Shown here: positions 15,184 through 25,189 of the stretch, piece after piece
Numbering within the stretch: position 1 is the first letter of the stretch
Layout: every line of letters starts with the position of its first letter
NCBI GenBank assembly: GCA_964585605.1
Contig: CAZPEQ010000001.1
Location: forward strand, 1 to 26,490
DNA length: 26,490 bases
Direction: 5' to 3'
From: an uncultured Weeksellaceae bacterium
GTDB taxonomy: Bacteria > Bacteroidota > Bacteroidia > Flavobacteriales_F > PHOS-HE28
Made by a program: the position numbers and the translations under genes
Notes under the pieces: generated by a model
Database searches by the model: none
What the model was told of the DNA's origin: nothing
The model's input: only the letters and a program-made list of their open reading frames with translations

Positions 15184-16464
15184 ATGAGCACCAATATAGC
15201 CGCAAATAACCCTTCACTTAAGTCTTGGGTCAACATTCCCGCAGATAGTGATTTTCCCATACAGAATATCCCTTTCGGTATATTCAGCACATCAAGTAAA
15301 ACCGCTAGAACGGGTGTTCGCATTGGCGATACGGTCGTTGACCTTTCAGAGCTTGCGCAAGCAGGGCTTCTTCAGGTAGACGGTGTGGATCAAACGCACT
15401 ATTCCAACAATACCTTAAATGCGCTTATGGGAGCGGGCAAACAGGGCATGCGCGATCTGCGCAATCGCCTAAGTAGCTTACTGCAATTGGGAAATGCCGA
15501 ATTGCAGGGCAATGCAGACCTTCTGGCTGTAGCTATGATACCTGTGGCAGATGCGAATATGCATATGCCAGTGCACGTTGGAGATTACACTGACTTCTAC
15601 AGCAGTCGCGAGCATGCAACAAATGTGGGTACCATGTTCCGCGATCCAGACAATGCCTTGCTTCCTAATTGGTTGCACTTGCCCGTTGGCTACCACGGCA
15701 GGAGCTCTTCCATCATTGTTTCAGGAGAACCCGTGCGCAGGCCTTCAGGCCAGACCAAGGCTGATGATGCCGCGGCACCTTCGTTCGGGGCAAGTCGTTT
15801 ACTTGATTTCGAATTGGAAATGGCCTTCGTGACCTTTGAGGGCAAACCCATGGGCGAGCGCATAACAACGGCAGAAGCAGATGACCACATCTTCGGCATG
15901 GTGCTGTTCAATGATTGGAGTGCGCGCGATATCCAAAAATGGGAGTATGTTCCCTTAGGCCCTTTCCTAGCGAAGAACTTTGCCAGTAGCATCAGCCCTT
16001 GGATCGTAACGTTGGATGCATTGGAACCTTTTCGCACCAGCGGCTATACACAAGAGCCGGAGGTTCTTCCATATCTAAAATATGAAGGAGACAAGAATAT
16101 CGACATTAACCTACAGGTAGCGATCCAACCAAACGGAGCCGAAGAAAATGTTGTCTGTAATAGTAATTACAAGCATATGTACTGGACAGCAGAACAACAG
16201 CTTACCCACCACTCCGTTGGGGGATGCAACATTCGCTGTGGCGATATGATGGCAAGTGGCACCATAAGTGGACCAACACCTGATAGCTACGGCAGTATGC
16301 TAGAGCTTTCTTGGCGCGGAACCAAACCACTTACGCTTGCAGATGGTAGCGAACGCAAATTCATTGCGGACGGAGATACGGTGATCATGCGCGGGCATGC
16401 GTCAAAAGACGGTGTGCGTGTTGGATTTGGAGAAGTACGTTCAAAAGTGCTTCCTGCCCTCTGA
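15184..16464 (+). CDS. fahA: Fumarylacetoacetase
   Basis: SDFPIQNIPFG, GDYTDFYSSREHATNVG, HLPVGYHGRSSS, LDFELEMA, NDWSARDIQKWEYVPLGPFLAKNF and ASGTISG. Start moved to ATG 15184 because the track's 15097 overlaps the divergent gene. Confidence 0.96.
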   Translation: MSTNIAANNPSLKSWVNIPADSDFPIQNIPFGIFSTSSKTARTGVRIGDTVVDLSELAQAGLLQVDGVDQTHYSNNTLNALMGAGKQGMRDLRNRLSSLLQLGNAELQGNADLLAVAMIPVADANMHMPVHVGDYTDFYSSREHATNVGTMFRDPDNALLPNWLHLPVGYHGRSSSIIVSGEPVRRPSGQTKADDAAAPSFGASRLLDFELEMAFVTFEGKPMGERITTAEADDHIFGMVLFNDWSARDIQKWEYVPLGPFLAKNFASSISPWIVTLDALEPFRTSGYTQEPEVLPYLKYEGDKNIDINLQVAIQPNGAEENVVCNSNYKHMYWTAEQQLTHHSVGGCNIRCGDMMASGTISGPTPDSYGSMLELSWRGTKPLTLADGSERKFIADGDTVIMRGHASKDGVRVGFGEVRSKVLPAL

Positions 16465-16495
16465 TCATATGCAGCACATTGCTAACTTTAAGTAA

Positions 16496-18739
16496 ATGAC
16501 AAGCAAGGGCGCTAAGGACGAGTCGGTTTTATCCTTGAAGGAAGAGCAAGAGAATAAGGCGATCCTTGGTGCCTACCGTGGTTTACTAAGAACCCTGAAG
16601 ACACGTGACAAAGAAGAGACACGTAAGATCCGAAGGGCCTTCAACTTAGCCGTAGAGGCGCATAAGGAGCAGCGTAGGCGATCAGGGGAGCCTTACATAC
16701 TGCACCCGATAGCCGTTGCACGTATTTGTTCCGAAGAGATCGGGCTAGGCCCCACAAGTGTTATCTGCGCCTTGCTTCACGATACGGTAGAGGACACCGA
16801 CATCACGCTTGAGGACATTGACCAACTCTTTGGGAAGTCAGAAATGACCATCGTGGATGGGCTTACCAAGATCAGTGGTATGAAGATCCAGCCTGAAAGT
16901 ATGCAGGCTGAAAATTTCAGAAAGATCCTGCTTACCATGTCGCAAGACGTTCGGGTCATTCTGATCAAGATCGCGGATCGCCTGCACAACATGCGCACAT
17001 TGGCTGGAATGCGTAGAGACAAGCAATTGAAGATAGCCAGTGAAACCTTGTTCTTGTACGCTCCCTTGGCCCATCGCCTAGGTTTATACAACATTAAGAG
17101 CGAGCTAGAGGATCTCTCTTTTAGATACAAGAGCCCTACCCTCTTCAATGACATTCAATCTAAGGTTGATGCCGGCGAAGCCGATCGAAAGCGCTTTATC
17201 AAGCAGTTCATTGCACCTATTCGTCAGACACTGAAGCGAGAAGGGCTTAAGTTCAAGATCAAAGGCAGAACGAAAAGCATTTACAGCATTTGGCGTAAGA
17301 TGCAGGCAAAGCGTGTTGAATTTGAAGAGGTCTACGATCTTTTTGCTATTCGCATAATCATCGATACCCCCCCTGATCAGGAGAAAGCTGATAGCTGGAA
17401 GGCTTATTCGGTTGTTACAGACAGCTATCAACCCAACCCTGATCGGCTGCGGGATTGGATTAGTATACCCAAGAGCAGTGGTTATGAAAGCCTGCACACG
17501 ACGGTCATGAGCCATACCGGGCGGTGGGTTGAAGTGCAGATCCGCAGCAAGCGTATGGACGAGCAAGCGGAGAAAGGATATGCAGCGCACTGGCGGTACA
17601 AGGAAGACGGCACCATTAAGGAAATATCGCAGTTAGAATCTTGGATGAACCGCATCCGAGATGTTCTGGAAGACCCGGGATCAAGCGCACTTGATTTCGT
17701 GTACGACTTCAAATTGAACCTCGTGAATGATGAGATCTACTTGTTCACGCCAGATGGGGAAATGCGAGCTATGCCCAGTAAATCCACAGCCTTGGACTTT
17801 GCCTTTGAGATCCACAGTCAACTCGGCGAACGCTGTATCGGTGCCAAGGTCAACCATAAGTTGGTACCCCTCAGTCACGCCTTGTCTTCGGGAGACCAGG
17901 TTGAGATCATCACTTCCAAAAAGCAGAGTCCTAAGGAAGATTGGTTGAAATATGTGGTAACAGGTAAGGCCAGAACCAAGATCAAGCAACTACTTCGCAC
18001 CCAGAAACGAAAACTCGCTTCGGTAGGAAAGGAAAGTGTTCAACGCAGGTTCCGTAAATGGGGCATCAAGATGGATGAGCAAAACATTCAATCCTTGCTT
18101 ACTTTCTTCCGCTCGCCCTCGGAGCTGGACCTATACTACAATATTGCTCGCGGCAAATTCGACCTAGATGATCTGGGAGAGATAAAAACGCGTGCAGGTA
18201 AACTTGTACTTGAAAAAGAGGTCAAAAATTCCAAAGACGAACGTTCTCTGGAAGAGATCGTTAAAGAGATCCGCGGTTCGAAGGCCGAAGCATTGTTCAT
18301 CGGCGATGATTTACAACGATTTGACTATCAACTAGCTACATGCTGCAACCCGATTCCAGGAGATGACGTTTTCGGGTTCGTTACAGTATCGGAGGGCCTG
18401 AAAATCCATCGACTTACGTGCCCTAATGCCACTTCCTTAATGAGTAATTTTGCTTACCGAATCGTGAATGCGCGGTGGAAGGGTGAAGATGTGGTGGAGT
18501 TCTTGGCAGCTATCAAATTCAGTGGTATTGACGACGTTGGCCTTGTAAATAAAATCACCAACATCATCTCGCATGAGCATCATGTGAACATGCGATCCAT
18601 AAGCTTTGAGAGCAACGACGGCATCTTTGAAGGAAAGGTCATGGCCTACGTGCATGATACCAACCATTTGCAAGGATTGATGGATAAGTTGAAACGGGTC
18701 AATGGCGTTCGCAACGTTGAGCGCATAGATCAGGGATAA
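16496..18739 (+). CDS. rel: Long RelA/SpoT homolog, bifunctional (p)ppGpp synthetase/hydrolase
   Basis: RRSGEPYILHP, intact hydrolase ALLHDTVEDT, synthetase GRTKS/YDLFAIR/YESLHTTV/EVQIR, TGS domain FAFEIHS, CCNPIPGD and a C-terminal ACT domain. Confidence 0.96.
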   Translation: MTSKGAKDESVLSLKEEQENKAILGAYRGLLRTLKTRDKEETRKIRRAFNLAVEAHKEQRRRSGEPYILHPIAVARICSEEIGLGPTSVICALLHDTVEDTDITLEDIDQLFGKSEMTIVDGLTKISGMKIQPESMQAENFRKILLTMSQDVRVILIKIADRLHNMRTLAGMRRDKQLKIASETLFLYAPLAHRLGLYNIKSELEDLSFRYKSPTLFNDIQSKVDAGEADRKRFIKQFIAPIRQTLKREGLKFKIKGRTKSIYSIWRKMQAKRVEFEEVYDLFAIRIIIDTPPDQEKADSWKAYSVVTDSYQPNPDRLRDWISIPKSSGYESLHTTVMSHTGRWVEVQIRSKRMDEQAEKGYAAHWRYKEDGTIKEISQLESWMNRIRDVLEDPGSSALDFVYDFKLNLVNDEIYLFTPDGEMRAMPSKSTALDFAFEIHSQLGERCIGAKVNHKLVPLSHALSSGDQVEIITSKKQSPKEDWLKYVVTGKARTKIKQLLRTQKRKLASVGKESVQRRFRKWGIKMDEQNIQSLLTFFRSPSELDLYYNIARGKFDLDDLGEIKTRAGKLVLEKEVKNSKDERSLEEIVKEIRGSKAEALFIGDDLQRFDYQLATCCNPIPGDDVFGFVTVSEGLKIHRLTCPNATSLMSNFAYRIVNARWKGEDVVEFLAAIKFSGIDDVGLVNKITNIISHEHHVNMRSISFESNDGIFEGKVMAYVHDTNHLQGLMDKLKRVNGVRNVERIDQG

Positions 18740-18767
18740 CTTCTCGTTCTCCGTATTGGTCAAATCG

Positions 18768-18775
18768 TAAATTTG
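18768..18775 (+). promoter_or_regulatory. Bacteroidetes -7 box (TAAATTTG) for fur-STAS-purA
   Basis: Exact TAnnTTTG in the 45-bp gap, 9 bp before the fur ATG, implying a very short 5' leader. Confidence 0.6.
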
Positions 18776-18784
18776 TACGTCTAA

Positions 18785-19264
18785 ATGCCAACCGGAGATC
18801 ATCAACAACAAGTGACCGAACTCTTCTCTAGTTACCTAGAGAACAATGGTCATAGGAAAACTCCAGAGCGCTTTGCTATACTGAGTGAGATTTACGACCA
18901 ACAAGGGCATTTTGATATTGAGCACCTATATGCTCGTATGAAAAAGAAAAACTATCGGGTAAGTAGGGCCACGCTTTACAATACGATGGACCTCCTTATG
19001 GACTGTGATCTGGTGCGCAAACACCAGTTTGCTAATGCACCTTCTCAATACGAGCGCTCACATGCCTTCAAGCAGCACGATCATTTCATATGCACGAACT
19101 GCAATGAGGTACTAGAATTTTGCGATCCACGCATCCAGCAGATAAGACAGACACTTGCTGTTCATATGGATGTTGATGTTCACCACCACTCGCTTCACCT
19201 TTACGGCACTTGCTCGAAGTGCAAAAAAACAGCAACTCAAAATGACAGCAACACAAAGCTTTGA
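18785..19264 (+). CDS. fur: Fur-family transcriptional regulator
   Basis: [36 protein letters not shown] and YGTCSKC. Metal specificity (Fur/Zur/PerR) not determined. Confidence 0.92.
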   Translation: MPTGDHQQQVTELFSSYLENNGHRKTPERFAILSEIYDQQGHFDIEHLYARMKKKNYRVSRATLYNTMDLLMDCDLVRKHQFANAPSQYERSHAFKQHDHFICTNCNEVLEFCDPRIQQIRQTLAVHMDVDVHHHSLHLYGTCSKCKKTATQNDSNTKL

Positions 19265-19601
19265 ACTTGAAGAAGCGGCTATCGATGATATCCACACATT
19301 TAAATTAAGTGGCCGCCTTATGGACCAGGCTCAATCTGAGGAGTTGATCGAACACTTAGAAAAGGCCATTGGCGAAGGGAAGAAAAAGATAATCCTTGAT
19401 CTGGAAGGGTTGAATTACATGAACTCCACTGGTCTAAACACCGTTATCGCGGTAATGAATAAAGTGAAGCAAGGGGAAAGTTCAGCAGTGATCTGCAATT
19501 TGAACGCTACCGTACAAACCTTGTTCATGGTGACCAAACTCGATTCAGTCTACACGATCGTAAAGACACACGAAGAAGCCGTAAATAAATTGAACGGCTG
19601 A
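19242..19601 (+). CDS. STAS-domain anti-sigma-factor antagonist
   Basis: [23 protein letters not shown] (phosphorylatable Ser motif) and [11 protein letters not shown]. Start moved to ATG 19242, overlapping the fur end by 23 nt. Confidence 0.88.
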   Translation: MTATQSFELEEAAIDDIHTFKLSGRLMDQAQSEELIEHLEKAIGEGKKKIILDLEGLNYMNSTGLNTVIAVMNKVKQGESSAVICNLNATVQTLFMVTKLDSVYTIVKTHEEAVNKLNG

Positions 19602-19612
19602 AATACCATTCT

Positions 19613-20884
19613 ATGAACGATACAACAGGAGTTGATGTCCTCCTCGGCGCGCAATGGGGTGACGAAGGAAAAGGAAAAATCGTTGACGTTATCACGCCTG
19701 AATACGATGTGATAGCGCGCTTTCAAGGTGGGCCGAATGCTGGGCATACCCTCATTTTCGACGGCCATAAACACGTCCTTCACACCATACCGAGTGGTAT
19801 TTTTCGAAAGAACACCATGAACTTGGTGGGGAACGGTGTGGTAATTGACCCGATCATCTTCATGAAAGAGATCGACGCCTTGGTAGAATTAGGCGTAGAC
19901 GTCAAAAACAACCTCCTGATCTCACGTCGTGCGCACATGATACTGCCCTCTCACCGTGCTTTGGATGCTGCTAGCGAGCATGCTAAAGGAAAAAAGAAGA
20001 TCGGTAGCACGCTGAAAGGAATCGGTCCTACCTATATGGATAAGACCGGGCGAAATGGTTTCCGAATCGGCGATTTGGAGCTACCTGATATGATGGCCCG
20101 CTTCAATGAATTGAAAAGTAAGCACCATCGTCTCCTTTCTCTATACGACAATGCGCCGGACAATTCCGAAATGGAAGCTGAGTGGCTGGCTGCTTGCGAG
20201 CGGGTCAAAGAGCTCACCTTTGTTGATAGCGAGCATTACATTAACGAGCAACTGCAAGCAGGCAAGCGTGTGTTAGCAGAGGGTGCGCAAGGCACTTTGC
20301 TTGACATTGACTTTGGCACGTATCCTTTTGTCACCTCTTCGAATACCATCTCAGCCGGAGCCTGCACAGGGCTTGGCATAGCTCCTGGCCGTATTGGTCG
20401 GGTCATCGGCATTTTCAAAGCTTACTGCACGCGGGTGGGCAGCGGCCCGTTCGCTACAGAGTTAGAAGATGAATACGGCGAGAAAATGCGCGCGCAAGGA
20501 CATGAATTTGGCAGCACAACAGGTCGGCCGAGGCGTTGTGGTTGGCTAGACCTTCCTGCATTGCGCTATGCATGTATGATCAATGGAGTCACTGAACTAT
20601 CCATGATGAAAGCCGATGTACTCTCTGGGTTTGATACGATTCAAGTATGCACATCTTACAAGTTGAATGGGCAAGAGTATGTAGATCTACCTTATGACCC
20701 TTCAGGTGCAGAACCCGTATACAAGGAATGTCCGGGATGGGGCGATCTCTCCGATGGCTCAATTCCCACCTCCTTAGAGCAATACATTGAAATGATCGAA
20801 CATGCTGTTGGCATTCCTGTAACCATGGTCTCCTACGGCCCTGACCGGAAAGAGCTAACACTAAGAGAAGTAGCTGTTAGTTGA
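19613..20884 (+). CDS. purA: Adenylosuccinate synthetase
   Basis: GAQWGDEGKGK, RFQGGPNAGHT, EGAQGTLLDIDFGTYPFVTSS, YCTRVGSGPF and GSTTGRPRRCGWLD. Confidence 0.98.
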   Translation: MNDTTGVDVLLGAQWGDEGKGKIVDVITPEYDVIARFQGGPNAGHTLIFDGHKHVLHTIPSGIFRKNTMNLVGNGVVIDPIIFMKEIDALVELGVDVKNNLLISRRAHMILPSHRALDAASEHAKGKKKIGSTLKGIGPTYMDKTGRNGFRIGDLELPDMMARFNELKSKHHRLLSLYDNAPDNSEMEAEWLAACERVKELTFVDSEHYINEQLQAGKRVLAEGAQGTLLDIDFGTYPFVTSSNTISAGACTGLGIAPGRIGRVIGIFKAYCTRVGSGPFATELEDEYGEKMRAQGHEFGSTTGRPRRCGWLDLPALRYACMINGVTELSMMKADVLSGFDTIQVCTSYKLNGQEYVDLPYDPSGAEPVYKECPGWGDLSDGSIPTSLEQYIEMIEHAVGIPVTMVSYGPDRKELTLREVAVS

Positions 20885-20897
20885 ACAGCCTGGAGCC

Positions 20898-21467
20898 GTG
20901 TCCTTGTTGATCCTTGATAATTACGATTCCTTCACATTCAACCTGTTCCATATTCTGGAACCCTTGGTGGATCAAATCGTTGTACGGCGGAATGACGAAA
21001 TCGAAATAAGCGAGGTAGAGCAATTCGACCAGATCGTATTATCGCCAGGTCCCGGCTTGCCTCGTGAAGCGGGCATCATGCCTCAACTGTTACGCGTGTA
21101 CCACAGCAGCAAGCCTATACTAGGCGTATGCCTGGGAATGCAGGCAATCGCAGAGCATTTCGATACGCCTCTGATCAATATGCCTGCTGTGCGCCATGGC
21201 CGTATCCGATCCATCACTTTTGAAAACGCTCATCCTCTATTCACAGGTGTATCGGAACCCATGACAGTTGGGCTTTACCATAGCTGGGCAGTGGATCATG
21301 GCCAATTGAGTACTGAACTAGAAGCACTTGCTTTTAGTGAAGAAGGTTGGCTTATGGCAATGGCTCATAAACAATTGCCTATTGCGGGTATACAGTTTCA
21401 CCCTGAGAGTATTATGACCACACAGGGTGGCCAAATCCTAACCAACTGGCTTCGATCCGTTACTTAG
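20898..21467 (+). CDS. Class I glutamine amidotransferase (TrpG/PabA type)
   Basis: LDNYDSFTFNL, LSPGPG, LGVCLG (catalytic Cys), YHSW and QFHPES (His-Glu). TrpG and PabA cannot be told apart from sequence alone. Confidence 0.93.
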   Translation: MSLLILDNYDSFTFNLFHILEPLVDQIVVRRNDEIEISEVEQFDQIVLSPGPGLPREAGIMPQLLRVYHSSKPILGVCLGMQAIAEHFDTPLINMPAVRHGRIRSITFENAHPLFTGVSEPMTVGLYHSWAVDHGQLSTELEALAFSEEGWLMAMAHKQLPIAGIQFHPESIMTTQGGQILTNWLRSVT

Positions 21468-23992
21468 AAAAGGAAATTGCCGTCGTTATTGATCGGTCTC
21501 CTTTGCTCGTACTTCAGGTCACTGAGTATACTTGCTTTCACGTTAATGCGAAAGCTGATGCTCTGTCGGAAACCATTGGGAATGTAGTTGACATTAAACT
21601 CCCAGCAATGCAGATCATAAAAGAGGTTAAGTGAAGTGGGCGTATACGCTTGACTGATCAAATCGTAACCAGAGGTAACTCCTAGCTTCAACTGTTTTGT
21701 GACGTTCACATCGCCATTCACCAACACACTGTGTGAAATGTCATCTGGTGCCGCTACCAATTTCTCAACACCGTAACTATAGTTCAGGTTTACTCGCCAC
21801 GGCAAACGCAGATCAATACGCGCCCCCTTGTCTGGATTATCCTCTCCAACAACGGTATCATCGTCTTGATCGTTCAAGGACTGCCCGGTTTCACCGTAAC
21901 GCTTACTCTTAAAATTCACCCCCACCGCAATGTTCGCATTCGTCAATCGAGCGATACGTCGGTTCTGTTTCCATTCTGAAATACTCAACCTAGTGCCACT
22001 ATCGGTCGTGGCATAAGGATCAAAGGAGCTATTAAAATTCACATTGAACTTCTCTAGCAAGGTAGTTCTTGCGGAAACGCTGATATTGGACCAGTTCAGT
22101 GAATCTCTTATCCAATCCCAATTAGAATTCACGCCTAAAAACTCCAGGAGTCTCACTTTTTTGTACTTGATTTCATCTTCCGAACTTGCGGACTTATCCC
22201 GCATCTTGGCTTCCAAATTCTGCACAATGCCAAAATTCACACGTCCAGATTCTCCCGATGGGGGTCTTCCGAAAATGCCAATATCGAAAGGCGAGAATGA
22301 ACTTAAACTCCCTCCAGGGCCAAACGGCCCTTCGATCTCCGTGCTCTGATCAGGTTGGTAGCTAACCCCTACTGACGGTGTGATCACATGTCTGATCGCC
22401 TTGATATGCTTTCCGTTCAACTGAAATGTACCATACAGCTTACTAGTCAAATTAACACTGCTGTTCCAACTCCCAGCCCGCTCAAACCCGGGTATTGTGT
22501 CGGTTATGACCGAATCATTCACGGCATCAAAACGCTTATCAATTGTTCTGAAATACCATAGATCCGTGAAGGTTACCCGAGGATTTACTGAAAAGAACTT
22601 GGTCTTGTAGGAGCTCGTCAAATTCACATTGTGCCGAATCCCATTGTTGAAGTCATCCAGCAAGTTGCTCAAGTTGTTGAAGCGTAGTTGATCTTCGGTC
22701 GTACTTAAACGGTTGTCGAAATTGGTGGAATAGGTGATTGCAAAATCATCGTAAAAATGTTTGTTGATCGCATTCTCCCTACCAAATATCTGCGAAACGA
22801 GCATACGCGACATATTGAAATTCAAAGAAGGAAGGGTCACATCGAATGTCCTGTTCAAGGTATTCTGGCTATGCCTGAAATTGACTCCGAGCGTCCCAAG
22901 CTCAGGAAATGACAAGGTCCAGGCCACGTTGCTTTGAAACGTATTGCTCAAAAAGTCAAAAGTGCTACTGTTAATCGTATTCGAGAAGTTATTGCTGGAA
23001 CCAGCATTCACATTCGCACTGAACCGAGTTCTCAGAGACGCCTTCGTATCAACCTGATGATTCCACCGTAGGAAAAAGCTGCGACTACGGGTAAAACCTG
23101 GAATCTCCGGATCTCCTGTAAGGCGTGTATTAGAACTAAAATCAAGCGAGCCTGCATAACGGTACCTTGTCTTATATCGACTTAATGCTCTTGCTCCCCA
23201 GCTACCTCGGCTATATATATCTCCCGTGAGCTGCAGGTCCATGCGATCTCCTAAAGGCGTGTAAAAACCACCATTCAACAGGTAAAAGCCAAGCGCATCA
23301 GACTCTCCCCATGCAGGAATAAGAATCCCTGATGTACCGTTGTTTTGATTGGGAAAAAAGCCAAATGGGATCCCCAAGGGCAGCGGCACGTTACCAACCT
23401 TCAATAGAGCCGGTCCTACGATGATCTTGTCATCAGGTATCACCATCATCTTACCTACCCCGAAATGATAATGCGGATTCGGACGGTCACAGGTAGTGAA
23501 TCGCCCCCCTTTATTATGGATCTCTCCTGTATAATGCCTTTTACTGCGATCGGCCAGAACATAGCTTTCCCCTTCATTCGTGCGCACATTCTTAATCACC
23601 CCGGTTTCCGATTGAATGTTGTACCGAATACTATCTGCCTCAAAGCTGTTACCCCCTTGATCCATTAGGGGTTTACCAACAGGCAAGCCAAGGGAATCAG
23701 TCGTCCCATGCGCTACAACAATCTGATTATCAAAATCATATGCAATATATGCTGCCTTCAGGCTAACATCCTCATACTCCACCAACGCCTGCCCATATAA
23801 GTACACGACTTGATCCTTTACATTGAAGCGAATACTGTCATTGGCAAAGTATTTGACCTCATTCTCTAAGAACTCCTCCTGCTGATCCGCAACAAGGACT
23901 GTATCCTGAGCGTTTGTTACGATGGAACACATCAACAAGGCAATGAGGATAATTGCGTACTGAGAAAAACCCGTGCTGCCTGACCTAACCAT
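21464..23992 (-). CDS. lptD: Putative LPS assembly protein LptD (Bacteroidetes type)
   Basis: N-terminal beta-jellyroll (YFANDSIRF, LYGQALVEYED), FTTCD..PHY, GFFPNQ..SGILIP.WGE, a long amphipathic beta-strand barrel region and DLHCWEF. Confidence 0.88.
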   Translation of the reverse strand: MVRSGSTGFSQYAIILIALLMCSIVTNAQDTVLVADQQEEFLENEVKYFANDSIRFNVKDQVVYLYGQALVEYEDVSLKAAYIAYDFDNQIVVAHGTTDSLGLPVGKPLMDQGGNSFEADSIRYNIQSETGVIKNVRTNEGESYVLADRSKRHYTGEIHNKGGRFTTCDRPNPHYHFGVGKMMVIPDDKIIVGPALLKVGNVPLPLGIPFGFFPNQNNGTSGILIPAWGESDALGFYLLNGGFYTPLGDRMDLQLTGDIYSRGSWGARALSRYKTRYRYAGSLDFSSNTRLTGDPEIPGFTRSRSFFLRWNHQVDTKASLRTRFSANVNAGSSNNFSNTINSSTFDFLSNTFQSNVAWTLSFPELGTLGVNFRHSQNTLNRTFDVTLPSLNFNMSRMLVSQIFGRENAINKHFYDDFAITYSTNFDNRLSTTEDQLRFNNLSNLLDDFNNGIRHNVNLTSSYKTKFFSVNPRVTFTDLWYFRTIDKRFDAVNDSVITDTIPGFERAGSWNSSVNLTSKLYGTFQLNGKHIKAIRHVITPSVGVSYQPDQSTEIEGPFGPGGSLSSFSPFDIGIFGRPPSGESGRVNFGIVQNLEAKMRDKSASSEDEIKYKKVRLLEFLGVNSNWDWIRDSLNWSNISVSARTTLLEKFNVNFNSSFDPYATTDSGTRLSISEWKQNRRIARLTNANIAVGVNFKSKRYGETGQSLNDQDDDTVVGEDNPDKGARIDLRLPWRVNLNYSYGVEKLVAAPDDISHSVLVNGDVNVTKQLKLGVTSGYDLISQAYTPTSLNLFYDLHCWEFNVNYIPNGFRQSISFRINVKASILSDLKYEQRRPINNDGNFLF

Positions 23993-24038
23993 AATTTCAC
24001 CTGCTACAAAGCCGAAAGACGGTGTAGTTGCTATCGGG

Positions 24039-24046
24039 CGAAATTA
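24039..24046 (-). promoter_or_regulatory. Possible variant -7 box (TAATTTCG) for lptD
   Basis: Plus-strand CGAAATTA lies 46 bp upstream of the lptD ATG; same 8-mer as before glyA. Confidence 0.33.
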
Positions 24047-24086
24047 AGCGATGCAAGCTGCCATAAACGATCGGAACATGTGTTGT

Positions 24087-25178
24087 ATGAAACATTACCT
24101 AGCGATAACGGTTTTATTCTTTGCCTGTTGTGCAACGATAAGCGCACAGGACAATGATCCTAACAAAATCCGAACCGTTGTGTTAGACGCGGGCCATGGA
24201 GGCAAGGATCCTGGCAATTTGGGCACCAAAACCTTAAAAAAGAGTGAGAAAGACGTTACTCTGGCGGTTACCAAACAGGTTGGCGCTTACATAAATGAGC
24301 ATTTCCCCAATGTTAAAGTGATCTACACCCGGGAAACGGACATATTCATTGGCTTAAAGGAGCGTACGAAGATCGCCAACGATGCTAACGCCGATCTCTT
24401 CATCAGCATTCACTGCAACGCGAGCGATAATAAGAAGGCCGTTGGGGCGGACACTTGGGTAATGGGCCTGCACAAGACACAAGCCAATTTGCGCACCGCA
24501 CAGCGTGAAAACGCTACTATTTTACTGGAAGAAGGGCATGATCAAAAGTATGCGGGGTTTGATCCGACTTCCCCGGAAAGCTTAATACACTTAAGTATTC
24601 AACAAAATGCTTACATGAGTCATAGTTTGTCACTTGGCGCTCTTGTACAAGATGAATTCAAACAAAAAGCAAAGCGCGTAGATCGTGGTGTGAAGCAAGC
24701 CGGGTTTTATGTGATCAGTTATACAACCATGCCTAGCGTACTTATTGAGCTGGGTTTTCTGACCAACAAGACAGAAGAGACTTTTCTTCAAAGCGATCAT
24801 GGGCAGGACTTAATGTCTTCCGCTGTTTTTAGAGCTTTTCGTAGCTATAAGGAGCAAATAGAAGGTGTTCAAACAACTGTTGGTACTGCAGATGCACCAC
24901 CTATCGACAGTACCCTTCAATTCAAAGTGCAGATCGCTACGTCAAGCAAAGCGATAAACTTGAAACCAAAGAATTTTAAAGGAATTAAAGGCGTGAGCGT
25001 TTACGAGAACAACGGCCTCTACAAATACACGGTCGGCGGTTCGGCGTCCTTAGACGAAACCAACAAGGTGCTGGCGCATTGCCGTGAAAAAGGATATGAA
25101 CAGGCCTTTATAGTTGCTTTCAAAAATGGCGAACGTATTGGTCTTCAAGAAGCAATTAACTTAGCGCAAGTTCCATAA
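24087..25178 (+). CDS. N-acetylmuramoyl-L-alanine amidase (Amidase_3) with a C-terminal SPOR-like domain
   Basis: Signal peptide MKHYLAITVLFFACCATISA|Q (start moved to ATG 24087). Zn-ligand motifs VLDAGHGGKDPG, EKDVTL, FISIHCN and VLIELGF. C-terminal FKVQIAT...YKYTVG...AFIVAF. Confidence 0.93.
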   Translation: MKHYLAITVLFFACCATISAQDNDPNKIRTVVLDAGHGGKDPGNLGTKTLKKSEKDVTLAVTKQVGAYINEHFPNVKVIYTRETDIFIGLKERTKIANDANADLFISIHCNASDNKKAVGADTWVMGLHKTQANLRTAQRENATILLEEGHDQKYAGFDPTSPESLIHLSIQQNAYMSHSLSLGALVQDEFKQKAKRVDRGVKQAGFYVISYTTMPSVLIELGFLTNKTEETFLQSDHGQDLMSSAVFRAFRSYKEQIEGVQTTVGTADAPPIDSTLQFKVQIATSSKAINLKPKNFKGIKGVSVYENNGLYKYTVGGSASLDETNKVLAHCREKGYEQAFIVAFKNGERIGLQEAINLAQVP

Positions 25179-25189
25179 GCCACAGCGAT

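Noticed and set aside
16483-16490. TAACTTTA as a -7 box for rel/spoT
   Set aside because: One mismatch, only 5 bp from the ATG, and no -33 support. Plausible but too weak to list as a feature.
16777-18811. Minus-strand ORFs of 76-161 aa inside rel/spoT
   Set aside because: Fully antisense to a conserved gene, with no motifs or promoter support.
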